Of a stretch of 64,000 nucleotides of DNA, positions 40,898 to 50,798 are shown in pieces. Below the pieces are notes generated by a model. That model was not told the DNA's origin, did not search any database, and worked only from the letters and a program-made list of their open reading frames with translations. Location of the stretch: NCBI GenBank assembly GCA_963700285.1, contig CAVOXA010000010.1, forward strand, positions 1,088,001 through 1,152,000. Reading direction: 5' to 3'. A program made the translations under genes and the position numbers. How positions within the stretch are numbered: position 1 is the first letter of the stretch; the number at the start of each line of letters is the position of its first letter. This DNA comes from an uncultured Chloroflexia bacterium. Its GTDB lineage: Bacteria; Chloroflexota; Anaerolineae; JAAYZQ01.

Positions 40898-41506
40898 GTG
40901 GCGGAGAGGGGGCAAGTACCCTACCCTGGTCGCATTGCCGTCGTTGGCACGAGCGGGTCGGGCAAGACCACGCTCGCCCACCAACTGGCACAGCGGCTAG
41001 ATGTCCCTCATGTAGAGCTGGATGCGATCTACTGGGGACCCAATTGGACGCCACTCCCGCTTGAAGTTTTTCGGGTGCGTGTTGAGGAAGCGCTCAACGG
41101 CGATGCCTGGGCCGCCGATGGCAATTACAGCAAGGTGCGGGATATCGTCTGGGGTCGGGCTGACATGGTTGTGTGGCTGGACTATCCTCTGCCGCTGGTC
41201 ATGGTCCGGATCATCAAACGGACGTTTCATCGAAGCCTGACGCATAAAAAACTCTGGGGTGGGAATCAGGAGCGTTTTTGGGAGGCGTTTTTTGGCCGCG
41301 ATTCCATTGTACGCTGGGCGCTGAGTACCTACAATCGCAGGCGAAGGGAGTATCCGACCCTCTTAAGCCGGCCCGAATACGCCCATCTAGAGGTCATACA
41401 CCTGCAATCGCCTCGTGCCGCCTGCAGGTGGCTGGATGGACAGGAACCCATGACGGGCGGCGAAGGACAAATGACAACTATCCAGTCGCCGGTGGCTAGC
41501 ACCTAA
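40898..41506 (+). CDS. Adenylate-kinase-like P-loop protein (topology-modulation/FlaR family)
   Basis: GTSGSGKTT, ELDAIYWGPNW, DGNY, VWLDYP. Confidence 0.85.
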   Translation: MAERGQVPYPGRIAVVGTSGSGKTTLAHQLAQRLDVPHVELDAIYWGPNWTPLPLEVFRVRVEEALNGDAWAADGNYSKVRDIVWGRADMVVWLDYPLPLVMVRIIKRTFHRSLTHKKLWGGNQERFWEAFFGRDSIVRWALSTYNRRRREYPTLLSRPEYAHLEVIHLQSPRAACRWLDGQEPMTGGEGQMTTIQSPVAST

Positions 41507-41511
41507 TCACC

Positions 41512-41985
41512 ATGACCAAGATTCAAACCCATGCCATTCGTGTCCTTGACGAACAGGGTATTGCCTACCAGGTACTGCTACACGACCGCAGGGCCATGAA
41601 TGTGGAGGAGGCAGCGGCTCAGCGGGGTGTGTCGATCCGCCAGGTGGTCAAGACGCTCCTGGTCCGCCGGCCGGACCACAAGCACCTGATCGCCCTGGTA
41701 CGGGGCGACAGGCGCCTGAGCCTCAAGAAACTGGCCCGCATCGCGGGCGTCAAGAGGCTGGAGATGGCGCCGGGGGCCGATGTGCCGCGCATTACAGGTT
41801 ACCAGATCGGCGCCGTAGCGCCGATGGGTCTGCGCCGCACCGACCTGCCCATCTATATAGATGAGTACATTCTGGCAGAGCAACGGGTGAGCATCAGCGC
41901 CGGACGGCACGATGCTGGCCTTGAGCTGGCTACCGCAGACCTGATCCACGTCACAAAAGGACAGGTTGCTGACATCACAGAATAA
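41512..41985 (+). CDS. YbaK/EbsC-family aminoacyl-tRNA deacylase
   Basis: VVKTL, TGYQIGAVAPMG, ISAG. Confidence 0.88.
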   Translation: MTKIQTHAIRVLDEQGIAYQVLLHDRRAMNVEEAAAQRGVSIRQVVKTLLVRRPDHKHLIALVRGDRRLSLKKLARIAGVKRLEMAPGADVPRITGYQIGAVAPMGLRRTDLPIYIDEYILAEQRVSISAGRHDAGLELATADLIHVTKGQVADITE

Positions 41986-42004
41986 GATCACGGAGCCCGG
42001 TGCC

Positions 42005-43834
42005 ATGAGCGCAGCCCCACAACCCAGAACGTCCGCTTCCACTCAGGATGCGACCTTGGATGAACTTCAGGGCGTGCCTGCCAAGGAACTCCAGAATTGG
42101 CCCATCGACCGCGCCCGCTACCGGCGTGTGGTTCGCTATTTCTCCGGCGTAATCGCCCACTTTGTCTGGTGGGAGATCATCCTGCGCGCGATCCTGGGGC
42201 GTCGTTTTGTGGAGCGCTCCTCTGCCCGGCGCTGGCAGCGCATCGCCCGGCGCTACCGGATCCTGGCCATCGAGCTGGGCGGGGTTCTGATCAAGCTCGG
42301 CCAGTTTCTTAGTGTCCGGGTAGACGTTCTGCCCTATGTTGTCACCCATGAGCTGGCTGGTTTGCAGGATGAGGTTCCCGCTGAAGACCTAGCCGACATC
42401 CAGGCCGTTGTGGAGGCCGAGTATGGGCAGCCGATGAACCAGATCTTTGTCTGGTTCGCCCCACAGCCCGAAGCCGCCGCCTCCCTGGCCCAAGTTCACC
42501 GTGCCCGGCTTCTCACCGGCGACGACGTGGTAGTCAAAGTCCAGCGTCCCGGTATCGAGACAACCGTCGCAACCGATCTACGGGCCATTGAGACCGCCAC
42601 GCGCTGGCTCAAGCGCTACCGGCCTATCCGCCGGCGCGTCGACCTAGATCGCCTATACGCCGAATTCAGCCGTACCACGCGCAACGAGCTGGACTTTGTG
42701 CTTGAGGGTGAAAACGCCGAGCAGTTCGCTGATAACTTTGCCAATGATCCAGGCGTGCGCATCCCCAGGATCTTTGCTGCGTCGTCAACGCGCCGCGTTT
42801 TGATCATGGAGAACGTGGCCAGCATCAAGATCATGGACTTTTCGGCTCTGGAGGCCGCCGGTATTGACCGCAAGGAGGTCGCCCGCCGTCTCTTTGATGC
42901 CTATTTGCAGCAGGTCTTTGTCTACAATCTTGTTCACGCCGATCCCCATCCCGGTAATCTGTTTGTCCAGCCCCTGCAGCCGGCGCCTGATACAACGGGC
43001 TCGTCCAGTGTGCCGTCCCTCGGCCAGATGCTGTCAGGAGGGGCTCAGGGCACCCCAAAAAGTGGCGGCGCGCCCTTCCGGCTTGTTTTTGTAGATTTTG
43101 GCATGATGGCCACGGTCCCCGAGCGCGTGCGCGAGCATCTGCGTGACTTTCTCTTTGGTTTTGCCACGCGGGATGCAGCCCGGGTGGTGCGTGCCTATCA
43201 GGGGGCAGGCGTACTGCTGCCCGACGCCGACTTGGCCCGTCTTGAGCAGATGGAGGCCGACATCATGGAGCGCTACTCGGGCCTGACGCTGCGCCAGGCA
43301 CAGCAGGCTGCCAGGGATGATTGGCAGGACCTGGCCCACGAGTATCGTGATGTCTTGTACGAGATGCCCTTTCAGTTCCCGTCCGATCTACTCTTTGTGG
43401 GACGGGCACTCGCCATCCTTTTTGCCATGGCCACCTCACTGGATCCTGACCTTGATCCCTGGGCCGCCGTCAAGCCCTTTGCCCGGCAGATGGCGACCAG
43501 CGAAGCGCAACGTGACTGGCGCGGGGTACTGGGCGAACTGGAGCAAGCGACTAGGGTGATCCTCTCGCTGCCCGGGCAGGCTGACCGCTTCTTCCGTCGC
43601 GCCAGCCAGGGCGAGTTGACGGTGCGCACATCCTGGCCGCCTGAAGCCGTGCGGAGCGTGCGCCGCGTGGAGACAGCGGTCAATCGTCTCACAAGCGCCG
43701 TGGTCTTTGCCGCACTGTTGCTGGCAGCTGTGGTCGTCTATGTGACCCAGGGTGCTGGCCCGGCCAGCTATGTCCTCAGTGCGCTTGCCTTGGTGGCGCT
43801 GCTGGCAACGCTCATCCGCAGAACCCCCGGCTGA
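42005..43834 (+). CDS. ABC1/UbiB (AarF) atypical kinase
   Basis: IKLGQFLS, LQDEVP, AAASLAQVHRA, VKVQRP, ELDF..E, HADPHPGN, DFGM; C-terminal TM helices. Confidence 0.93.
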   Translation: MSAAPQPRTSASTQDATLDELQGVPAKELQNWPIDRARYRRVVRYFSGVIAHFVWWEIILRAILGRRFVERSSARRWQRIARRYRILAIELGGVLIKLGQFLSVRVDVLPYVVTHELAGLQDEVPAEDLADIQAVVEAEYGQPMNQIFVWFAPQPEAAASLAQVHRARLLTGDDVVVKVQRPGIETTVATDLRAIETATRWLKRYRPIRRRVDLDRLYAEFSRTTRNELDFVLEGENAEQFADNFANDPGVRIPRIFAASSTRRVLIMENVASIKIMDFSALEAAGIDRKEVARRLFDAYLQQVFVYNLVHADPHPGNLFVQPLQPAPDTTGSSSVPSLGQMLSGGAQGTPKSGGAPFRLVFVDFGMMATVPERVREHLRDFLFGFATRDAARVVRAYQGAGVLLPDADLARLEQMEADIMERYSGLTLRQAQQAARDDWQDLAHEYRDVLYEMPFQFPSDLLFVGRALAILFAMATSLDPDLDPWAAVKPFARQMATSEAQRDWRGVLGELEQATRVILSLPGQADRFFRRASQGELTVRTSWPPEAVRSVRRVETAVNRLTSAVVFAALLLAAVVVYVTQGAGPASYVLSALALVALLATLIRRTPG

Positions 43835-43963
43835 TCTCCCAAAAAGGGTTTTCGCCTTGCCTCAGATATGCTATAATATGGGTGCCCGACCTCAGCAGGC
43901 CGGGTGACAGTCCTCTCTTCAGTGACCGGTGATCCCTGAGGACCAGGGACGAGGAGGTAAAGT

Positions 43964-44923
43964 ATGCGCTGGCTTCAGCCGCAACCCGAACAAAGCTCGG
44001 GTACCATCCGCCGTTCTGTCATTGCCGGGACTTGGTATCCGGGCACGAAACAGAGTCTGGTCCGTGCCGTAGATGGCTATTTGGCTCAAGCAGATCGGGC
44101 GCCAGGGACAGGCGAGCCGGTTCCAGGTGAACTGCTGGCGCTCATCAGCCCGCATGCTGGCTACGCCTATTCTGGCCAGACATCGGCCCATGCCTACCAC
44201 CAGTTGCAGGGTCGAGAAGTCAAGACTGTGGTACTGCTGGGCCCCAGTCATCGAGCCTGGGTGGGCGATTATGCCACGAATGACGTGGATGCCTATGAAA
44301 CGCCGCTGGGCCTGGTGCCTCTAGATCGGGGATTTATCTCAGCTCTGGACGAAAGGGTGTCTCTGCCGCGCCTGCGCCGCGATGAGGAGCACTCACTGGA
44401 GATCCAGTTGCCGTTCCTTCAGCGCCAACTGGGCGATTTTCAACTGGTACCGATCCTGATGAACGCCGAGGATCCGGCCGCCACCCAAAGGCTGGCAAAG
44501 GCCCTGGCCGAGGTTGTCCAGCAGCGCTCGCGCGAGGGCGGCAACGGGGACGGCGCCCGCAACAACGGTTGCGCCCGCAACCACAGTTGCGGCTGCAACC
44601 ACAGTTGCGGCCGCCACCTGTTAGTGGCCAGTTCTGATCTGCACCACATCGATGACTATGACAGAGTAGTCCACCGTGACCGGCCGGTCGTGGAGGCCAT
44701 TGCCGCCTACGATCTAAAAGCCCTCACGCCATTGCTGATGGTGCCAGATTGTTCCGTGTGCGGCCGGATGCCCATCCTGACCGTCCTGCACGCGGCTAAG
44801 AAACTAGGGGCTGACTCTGTACGGGTCCTCCACCATACCAACTCGGGTGACGTGAGCGGTCAGCGCCGCGCCGGCACGTACACGGTCGGCTATATGTCGG
44901 CCGCCATATACAAATCCCAATAG
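43964..44923 (+). CDS. amrB: MEMO1-family protein (AmmeMemoRadiSam protein B)
   Basis: AGTWYP, SPHAGYAYSG, GPSH, EHSLEIQLPFLQ, ASSDL.H, CG, NSGDV, VGY. Upstream TGCTATAAT at 43869. Confidence 0.88.
   Translation: MRWLQPQPEQSSGTIRRSVIAGTWYPGTKQSLVRAVDGYLAQADRAPGTGEPVPGELLALISPHAGYAYSGQTSAHAYHQLQGREVKTVVLLGPSHRAWVGDYATNDVDAYETPLGLVPLDRGFISALDERVSLPRLRRDEEHSLEIQLPFLQRQLGDFQLVPILMNAEDPAATQRLAKALAEVVQQRSREGGNGDGARNNGCARNHSCGCNHSCGRHLLVASSDLHHIDDYDRVVHRDRPVVEAIAAYDLKALTPLLMVPDCSVCGRMPILTVLHAAKKLGADSVRVLHHTNSGDVSGQRRAGTYTVGYMSAAIYKSQ
44541..44612 (+). repeat. In-frame 18-bp tandem repeat (4 units) inside the MEMO1 gene
   Basis: GCAACGGGGACGGCGCCC / GCAACAACGGTTGCGCCC / GCAACCACAGTTGCGGCT / GCAACCACAGTTGCGGCC. 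Confidence 0.85.
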
Positions 44924-44952
44924 GGTTGCTTTGACCATTAGCCGCTAGTCCC

Positions 44953-47898
44953 ATGTTTGCCCAAATCGTCGTCCATCGTCCCACATACCGCCAGCCCCCC
45001 GCGGGCAGTGATCCACTGCGGGGCGATGGCTCGCGCCTGCTGACCTACACCTACAGCCTGCCCGAACGCCTGCGGGAGGCGGCGACGGCCGGCCACCTGG
45101 TACAGGTTCCCTTGCGGGCGAGTACGGCCCTGGGTGTAATCACATCCGTGGTAGATACGCCCCCACCGGAACTGGCACCAGAGGCGATCCGCGACGTAGC
45201 CGAGATCCTCGATCCCCTGCCCGTGGTCACACCGACCCAGATCAAACTTGCACGCTGGCTCGCTGAGGAGTATCTCGCCCCGCTGTCGCAGGCGATGCGC
45301 TTGTTCCTGCCCCCGGGACTTGAAGATCGGACCACCATCGTCGTCACCCAGACGGCCACAGCCATCCCTCCGCGTGATCTGCCGCGTGAGGAAGTTGCGG
45401 TACTGGATTCACTGCGGGCAAGTCGTGGCCAGATGCGCCAGAGTACGCTGCTCCGGCGCGTTCGAGGCGATGACCCTGAGGCAGTACTCCATTCCCTCGC
45501 CGGCAGGGGTCTTATCGACGCTCGCTACGCCCTGGTCCCACCCAAAGCAGCTCCCCCTCGTGTCCAATACGTCCGCCTCCTGGCCGATGAGGTGGCCATC
45601 GATGCCTCCCTGCCCCGCCTTGGCCACTCCTCAAAACAAGCCGACGTCCTCCTAGCCCTGGCCCGCCACACGGACGCGCCCCTTAACCTGGCGGAGGTCT
45701 GCGAGTTGGCCAGGTGCACCGAGGGTCCCGTCCGCGCTCTGGCAGAGCGCGGCTGGGTGCAGATCACCGGGCGTCGATCTCTGGTGGTAGCCTTGCCGGG
45801 TGCCGAGTCCACCGACTTGAGCCAGGCTTCCAAACAGAATGCCGCCTTATCTGTACTCCTTGACCACGGTGGTACTGTAGAGAGCCAAGATCTCAGGGAG
45901 GCAGGTGTTTCCTCATCAGCCGTGTCTGCACTGGCCAAGAAACAGTTGGTCCAGCGCATCACCGAAGAGCCGCTGGTTCTCTTGACCCTGTCGTCTGACC
46001 GGCTGGTGGACAGTGTGCTGGAACTGCGGGGCGCCAAAAAGCAGCGCGCCGTGCTGGATGCGCTGCGTGGTGCCACTGGGCGCGTGTGGGTGGGTGGCAT
46101 CTATGCCCAGACCGGCGCCGATCTGCATGTTCTCAAACAGTTGGCCGAACTCGGCCTGCTCAGCCTTCACGCCCAGGAGTACGATCGCCCTCGACCTACG
46201 GGGCCCGAGGCGCCACCGCGCCTCACCCCCGACCAGGAGGCTGTCTGGCGGGAAGTGGAGCGGGGAAGAAAGGCAGGGGCAGCCCAGGGCGAACCTTTTG
46301 TCGCGCTCCTCCATGGGGTCACTGGTTCGGGCAAGACCGAGATCTATTTGCGCGCCCTGGAAACCACCCTGGCCGCTGGCCAGCGGGCCATCGTTCTCGT
46401 GCCCGAGATCAGCCTGACGGCCCAGACGGTCCGCCGTTTTGAGGCACGGTTCCCCGGCCGTGTAGCTGTGCTGCACAGCCAACTGACCCTAGGCCAGCGC
46501 TACGAGGTCTGGGACCAGGTGCGCCGGGGTGATGCCGATGTGGTCATCGGCCCCCGCTCGGCCCTTTTTGCTCCCATCTCGCGCCTGGGCCTCATCGTAA
46601 TGGATGAGGCTCATGACGATTCCTACAAGCAAGCTGAGCCGATCCCTCTGCCTGCCTACCACGCCCGGCAGGTTGCCCTGGCTTTGGGCCGGCTGACCGG
46701 GTCCGCAGTCCTAATGGGTAGCGCCACGCCTGATCTAACGGCCTACTACCACGCCACTCGGGGCGCCTACCGCTTGCTCGAACTCCCCTACCGTATCCTG
46801 CCCGGGTCCGCCGAGGCATCTCTGCATGCACATTCGCTCCTCCCTCCTGTCCGTATTGCAGACCTGCGGCAGGAACTGCAGGCCGGCAACCGGAGCATGT
46901 TCAGCCGCGCACTCCAGGAGGCTCTGCACCGTACCTTGACTGCGGGAGAGCAGGCCATCCTTTTCCTGAACCGGCGGGGTACTGCTACCTTTGTGCTCTG
47001 CCGTGACTGCGGCTACGTAGCCCGTTGTCCCAACTGTGATACCCCCCTCACCTTGCACCGCCTGGCTCAGAGGTCCTCAACGCGGGGCCAAGAGGTCTCG
47101 GACCCGCCGCGCCTGATCTGCCATCACTGCCGGCACGGGGAACCCTCCCCAGCGCGTTGTCCAGACTGTGGAAGCCGGCGCATCCGTCATTTCGGCCTGG
47201 GCACCGAGCGAGTGGAGGACGCGGTACGCCAATTGTATCCCGAGGCTCGCCTGCTCCGCTGGGACCGGGACACGGCTGCAGGTCCTGACCACGAGCAGTT
47301 CTTGCAGGCATTTGTGGACCATCGTGCTGATGTGTTGGTCGGCACGCAAATGATCGCCAAGGGGCTCGACCTGCCTCTGGTTACGCTGGTGGGTGTAGTG
47401 TCGGCCGACACGGCGCTCCATCTTCCTGACTACCGTGCAGCCGAGCGTGCGTTTCAACTCCTGACCCAGGTGGCTGGGCGAGCAGGTCGTAGCTACCGGG
47501 GCGGCCAGGTCATCATTCAGACCTACAACCCCGACCACTATGCGGTCCAGTCCGCGGCCCACCACGACTTTGCAGGCTTCTATCACCGGGAACTGACCTA
47601 TCGCCGTCAACTTGGTTACCCTCCTTTCAGCCGCCTGGTAGCCCTGCGCCTTAGTGACAAGGACGCCTACCGCTGCCGCGCCGAAGCGGAACACTTGGGC
47701 CGGTGGCTGATGGCCGAGATCCAGCGCCTTGGCCTGGCGATCGACCTGATCGGCCCTGCTCCCTGCTTTTTCAGCCGGGTTCAGGACCGCTATCGGTGGC
47801 AGATCGTCCTTCGTGCGCGCGATCCCAGGCCTCTACTCTCTGACGTGGCGCTGCCGCGAGGCTGGAGCGTCGATGTGGATCCGGTCAGTCTGTTGTGA
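44953..47898 (+). CDS. priA: Primosomal protein N' (replication restart helicase)
   Basis: LHGVTGSGKTEIY, LVPEISL, MDEAH, FLNRRG, four CxxC motifs, GTQMIAKGLD, QVAGRAGR, DVDP. Confidence 0.96.
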   Translation: MFAQIVVHRPTYRQPPAGSDPLRGDGSRLLTYTYSLPERLREAATAGHLVQVPLRASTALGVITSVVDTPPPELAPEAIRDVAEILDPLPVVTPTQIKLARWLAEEYLAPLSQAMRLFLPPGLEDRTTIVVTQTATAIPPRDLPREEVAVLDSLRASRGQMRQSTLLRRVRGDDPEAVLHSLAGRGLIDARYALVPPKAAPPRVQYVRLLADEVAIDASLPRLGHSSKQADVLLALARHTDAPLNLAEVCELARCTEGPVRALAERGWVQITGRRSLVVALPGAESTDLSQASKQNAALSVLLDHGGTVESQDLREAGVSSSAVSALAKKQLVQRITEEPLVLLTLSSDRLVDSVLELRGAKKQRAVLDALRGATGRVWVGGIYAQTGADLHVLKQLAELGLLSLHAQEYDRPRPTGPEAPPRLTPDQEAVWREVERGRKAGAAQGEPFVALLHGVTGSGKTEIYLRALETTLAAGQRAIVLVPEISLTAQTVRRFEARFPGRVAVLHSQLTLGQRYEVWDQVRRGDADVVIGPRSALFAPISRLGLIVMDEAHDDSYKQAEPIPLPAYHARQVALALGRLTGSAVLMGSATPDLTAYYHATRGAYRLLELPYRILPGSAEASLHAHSLLPPVRIADLRQELQAGNRSMFSRALQEALHRTLTAGEQAILFLNRRGTATFVLCRDCGYVARCPNCDTPLTLHRLAQRSSTRGQEVSDPPRLICHHCRHGEPSPARCPDCGSRRIRHFGLGTERVEDAVRQLYPEARLLRWDRDTAAGPDHEQFLQAFVDHRADVLVGTQMIAKGLDLPLVTLVGVVSADTALHLPDYRAAERAFQLLTQVAGRAGRSYRGGQVIIQTYNPDHYAVQSAAHHDFAGFYHRELTYRRQLGYPPFSRLVALRLSDKDAYRCRAEAEHLGRWLMAEIQRLGLAIDLIGPAPCFFSRVQDRYRWQIVLRARDPRPLLSDVALPRGWSVDVDPVSLL

Positions 47899-48007
47899 CG
47901 AGGGCCGAGTACGCTTCCGGTCTTCTGTCGTGGAGGGTGTTGTTCCGCGGGGCAATGTTTTTGTCTCTTGCCAGGGCCATGCTCAGACCCTTTTCGTCTC
48001 CATCAAT

Positions 48008-48036
48008 TTGACATTTTCCCCGGCCGCTGGTACAAT
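48008..48036 (+). promoter_or_regulatory. Sigma70 promoter of tRNA-Glu
   Basis: TTGACA-17 bp-TACAAT with extended TG. Confidence 0.8.
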
Positions 48037-48056
48037 AGCAACGTGGTTGGATTCGA

Positions 48057-48132
48057 GGCGGATTCGTCTAGTGGCCTAGGATACTGCCCTCTCAAGGCAG
48101 AGACACGGGTTCGAACCCCGTATCCGCTACCA
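48057..48132 (+). tRNA. tRNA-Glu(CTC)
   Basis: Acceptor stem GGCGGAT/ATCCGCT, anticodon arm CTGCC-CTCTCAA-GGCAG, T-loop GGTTCGAACC, encoded CCA. Confidence 0.95.
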
Positions 48133-48146
48133 AGCAGAGCCACCGG

Positions 48147-48178
48147 TAAGCACCATCGAAGAGATGGTGCTTATTTGA
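48147..48178 (+). terminator. Terminator-like hairpin after tRNA-Glu
   Basis: TAAGCACCATC-GAAGA-GATGGTGCTTA followed by TTTG. Confidence 0.7.
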
Positions 48179-48214
48179 TTATACGGCCGGTCAATGATCG
48201 GCAGGAGGCCAGGC

Positions 48215-50566
48215 ATGGTTACGTTCGACCCGGAGGCGTTGCCCAAGGTACTTCAAATCTACCTGGAGATCATCCAGTATCCCACCCTGGCGCCCAGGAT
48301 CCGGGAGCGGATGCGCAAGGAGCTTCACCAGCGAGGGATCATCACTGCCCCGGATCTTGAGCGAGAGGTCAAGATCCGGGCCGTGCAGTCCCAAGAGCGT
48401 GAAGGCTTGCAGGATCCCATGGTCGAAGAATCGGCGGACCTGTGGCAGAAGCGTCTGAGCCACTTTCGCGACAACCTGACCGATTTCTACTTTGCTCACA
48501 ACCTACCTCATGCACTCTTTGAAGACATTGTCCGCGACGTGCTCGTCAAGCGGATGTCCCCCGACGACGTGTTCCTGACCTTCAACCCCGAGCTGGCCCC
48601 CTGGGACATGCTCTTTGCCCGAGGAGAAGCATACGAAGCCCTGCCCCCGGACCAGCGCGCCAAAGTACAGCACCACTTGCGCGAGATCGTCGTCGTGCTC
48701 ATCAAAGGACTCATCAGCGATCAACTTGGCTTTGTGGGTATTGCCAAAGACCTGTTCTCCATCGCTGATCTGCAGGCCATCCGCCACAGGCGCCTTGGCC
48801 GGGGCAAGATCGGCGGCAAGGCTGCAGGGATGATGCTGGCCTGGAAGATCCTCAGCCTAGATGAATCCAACGAAACAATGGATCTCAGGAGCCGCATTGT
48901 TCTCCCGGAATCCTACTTTATTGGCGCCGACGTCTTTTACGACTTTATGTCGCACAATGGCTTGCACCATCTGCACAACCAGAAGTACAAGACCAAAGAA
49001 GAGATCGAGGCGGACTATCCTCATGCCCGCGAGGGCTTTCTCGGCGGGCAGTTTCCCGACGAGATCGTGGATGGGCTGCGGGAGATCCTGGCCGGAGTTG
49101 GCAATCGCCCGCTGATCGTGCGATCTTCCAGCCTCCTGGAGGACAACTTTGGGAAGTCTTTTGCCGGTAAATATGACAGTTACTTCTGCCCCAACCAGGG
49201 AACGCCCGAAGAGAATCTGGAAGCCTTGATCCGGGCTATCATCAGGGTCTATGCCAGCGTGCACAATCCGGATGCGCTCTTTTACCGGCGGGAGATGGGC
49301 TTGCTGGACTATGACGAGCGGATGGCTGTTTTGCTGCAAGAGGTCCAGGGAGATCGCCACGGTGATTTCTTTTACCCCACCCTGGCCGGCGTGGGTTTTA
49401 GCTACAATCCTTTCCGCTGGACGTCTAAAATCCGTCGCGAGGATGGGTTCCTGCGAATGGTCTGGGGACTGGGTACCCGTGCCGTGGACCGAGTGTCAAA
49501 AGACTATCCCCGTATGGTTGCGCTCAGCCACCCTGATCTGCGGCCCGAAGTGGGCGCCAAGGAGATCAAGCGCTACTCGCAGCACTTTGCAGACGTAATC
49601 AACCTGGCTGAGAACGAGTTTCAAACCGTGCCCTTGCCCGATGTGCTGAGCATGGACTCGCCGTCGATCCGGCTGTTGGTCTCGGAGGACCGGGGAGATT
49701 ACCTGCAGCCACCCCTGGTCTATGATCCCAGTTTGTCACCCCACGACCTGGTCCTGACCTTTGACAACCTGCTGACCAAGACGCAGTTTATCCCCCTGTT
49801 CAAGACTATGCTCAGGAACCTGGAGGATCGCTTTGGGCGCCACGTGGATGTCGAATTCACTGCCGATATCGTGCCCGGCTACCCGCAGCCCGATTTTCTC
49901 ATCCACTTGCTCCAGTGCCGGCCACAGTCCCGCCAGGAATCGACGCAGGCCATAGAGGTACCAACCACTGTCTCCGAGGCAGATACCCTCTTTACTGCCG
50001 ACCATCTGATACCCCACGGGAAGGTACAGCGCATCCGATACATTGTCTTTGTTGACCCCGATGCCTATACCCGTCTCCCGGACGAGACGACCCGGCTGCA
50101 ACTCGCACGGGTAGTAGGACAGGTGAACCAAATACTGGAGAAAAAGAGCTATATTCTGATGGGGCCGGGGCGCTGGGGGAGTAGCAACATTGACCTGGGT
50201 GTCAAGGTAACGTACGCAGATATCTATAATACCGCCATGTTGATCGAGATAGGTCTGTCAGATGGGGGTTCAGCACCCGAGGTTTCTTACGGTACCCACT
50301 TTTTCCAGGACTTGGTCGAGACCGAGATCTATCCCCTGGCGCTCTACCCAGACCGGGATGAAACGACATTGAACTGGCGATTCTTCCGCGAGTCTGCCAA
50401 CGAGCTGCCAACCCTACTGCCCAACTGCGCGCCGTACGCCGAATACGTGCGGTTGATCGACGTGCCGGCGGTGACCCAGGGGCGCATGTTGGAGGTCATT
50501 ATGGATGGCGAGAGCAGTCAGGCCTTGGGCTTTCTCCGCCACTACCCAACCGAGGATGGTTGGTAG
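48215..50566 (+). CDS. PEP synthase/PPDK N-terminal (ATP-grasp) domain protein
   Basis: GKIGGKAAG, PLIVRSSSLLED..FAGKY, VWGLGTRAV, DVEF, LLQCRP, GPGRWGS, SYGTHFFQDL. Confidence 0.88.
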   Translation: MVTFDPEALPKVLQIYLEIIQYPTLAPRIRERMRKELHQRGIITAPDLEREVKIRAVQSQEREGLQDPMVEESADLWQKRLSHFRDNLTDFYFAHNLPHALFEDIVRDVLVKRMSPDDVFLTFNPELAPWDMLFARGEAYEALPPDQRAKVQHHLREIVVVLIKGLISDQLGFVGIAKDLFSIADLQAIRHRRLGRGKIGGKAAGMMLAWKILSLDESNETMDLRSRIVLPESYFIGADVFYDFMSHNGLHHLHNQKYKTKEEIEADYPHAREGFLGGQFPDEIVDGLREILAGVGNRPLIVRSSSLLEDNFGKSFAGKYDSYFCPNQGTPEENLEALIRAIIRVYASVHNPDALFYRREMGLLDYDERMAVLLQEVQGDRHGDFFYPTLAGVGFSYNPFRWTSKIRREDGFLRMVWGLGTRAVDRVSKDYPRMVALSHPDLRPEVGAKEIKRYSQHFADVINLAENEFQTVPLPDVLSMDSPSIRLLVSEDRGDYLQPPLVYDPSLSPHDLVLTFDNLLTKTQFIPLFKTMLRNLEDRFGRHVDVEFTADIVPGYPQPDFLIHLLQCRPQSRQESTQAIEVPTTVSEADTLFTADHLIPHGKVQRIRYIVFVDPDAYTRLPDETTRLQLARVVGQVNQILEKKSYILMGPGRWGSSNIDLGVKVTYADIYNTAMLIEIGLSDGGSAPEVSYGTHFFQDLVETEIYPLALYPDRDETTLNWRFFRESANELPTLLPNCAPYAEYVRLIDVPAVTQGRMLEVIMDGESSQALGFLRHYPTEDGW

Positions 50567-50791
50567 CCACTACCCAACCGAGGATGGTTGGTAGCCACTA
50601 CCCAACCAAGGATGGTTGGTAGCCGCTACCCAACCGAGGATGGTTGGTAGCCGCTACCCAACCAAGGATGGTTGGTAGCCGCTACCCAACCAAGGATGGT
50701 TGGTAGCCACTACCCAACCAAGGATGGTTGGTAGCCGCTACCCAACCAAGGATGGTTGGGTAGCCATTACCCTGCCATGGACAGTAGGTAG
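50539..50791 (+). repeat. Tandem array of a 28-bp palindromic unit (8 copies plus 1 degenerate), no spacers
   Basis: CCRCTACCCAACCRAGGATGGTTGGTAG starting at 50539, 50567, 50595, 50623, 50651, 50679, 50707 and 50735; degenerate CCATTACCCTGCCATGGACAGTAGGTAG at 50764. Confidence 0.95.
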
Positions 50792-50798
50792 CAACCAT

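Noticed and set aside
50539-50791. CRISPR array
   Set aside because: The 28-bp palindromic units are directly adjacent with no unique spacers, and no cas genes are in the window.
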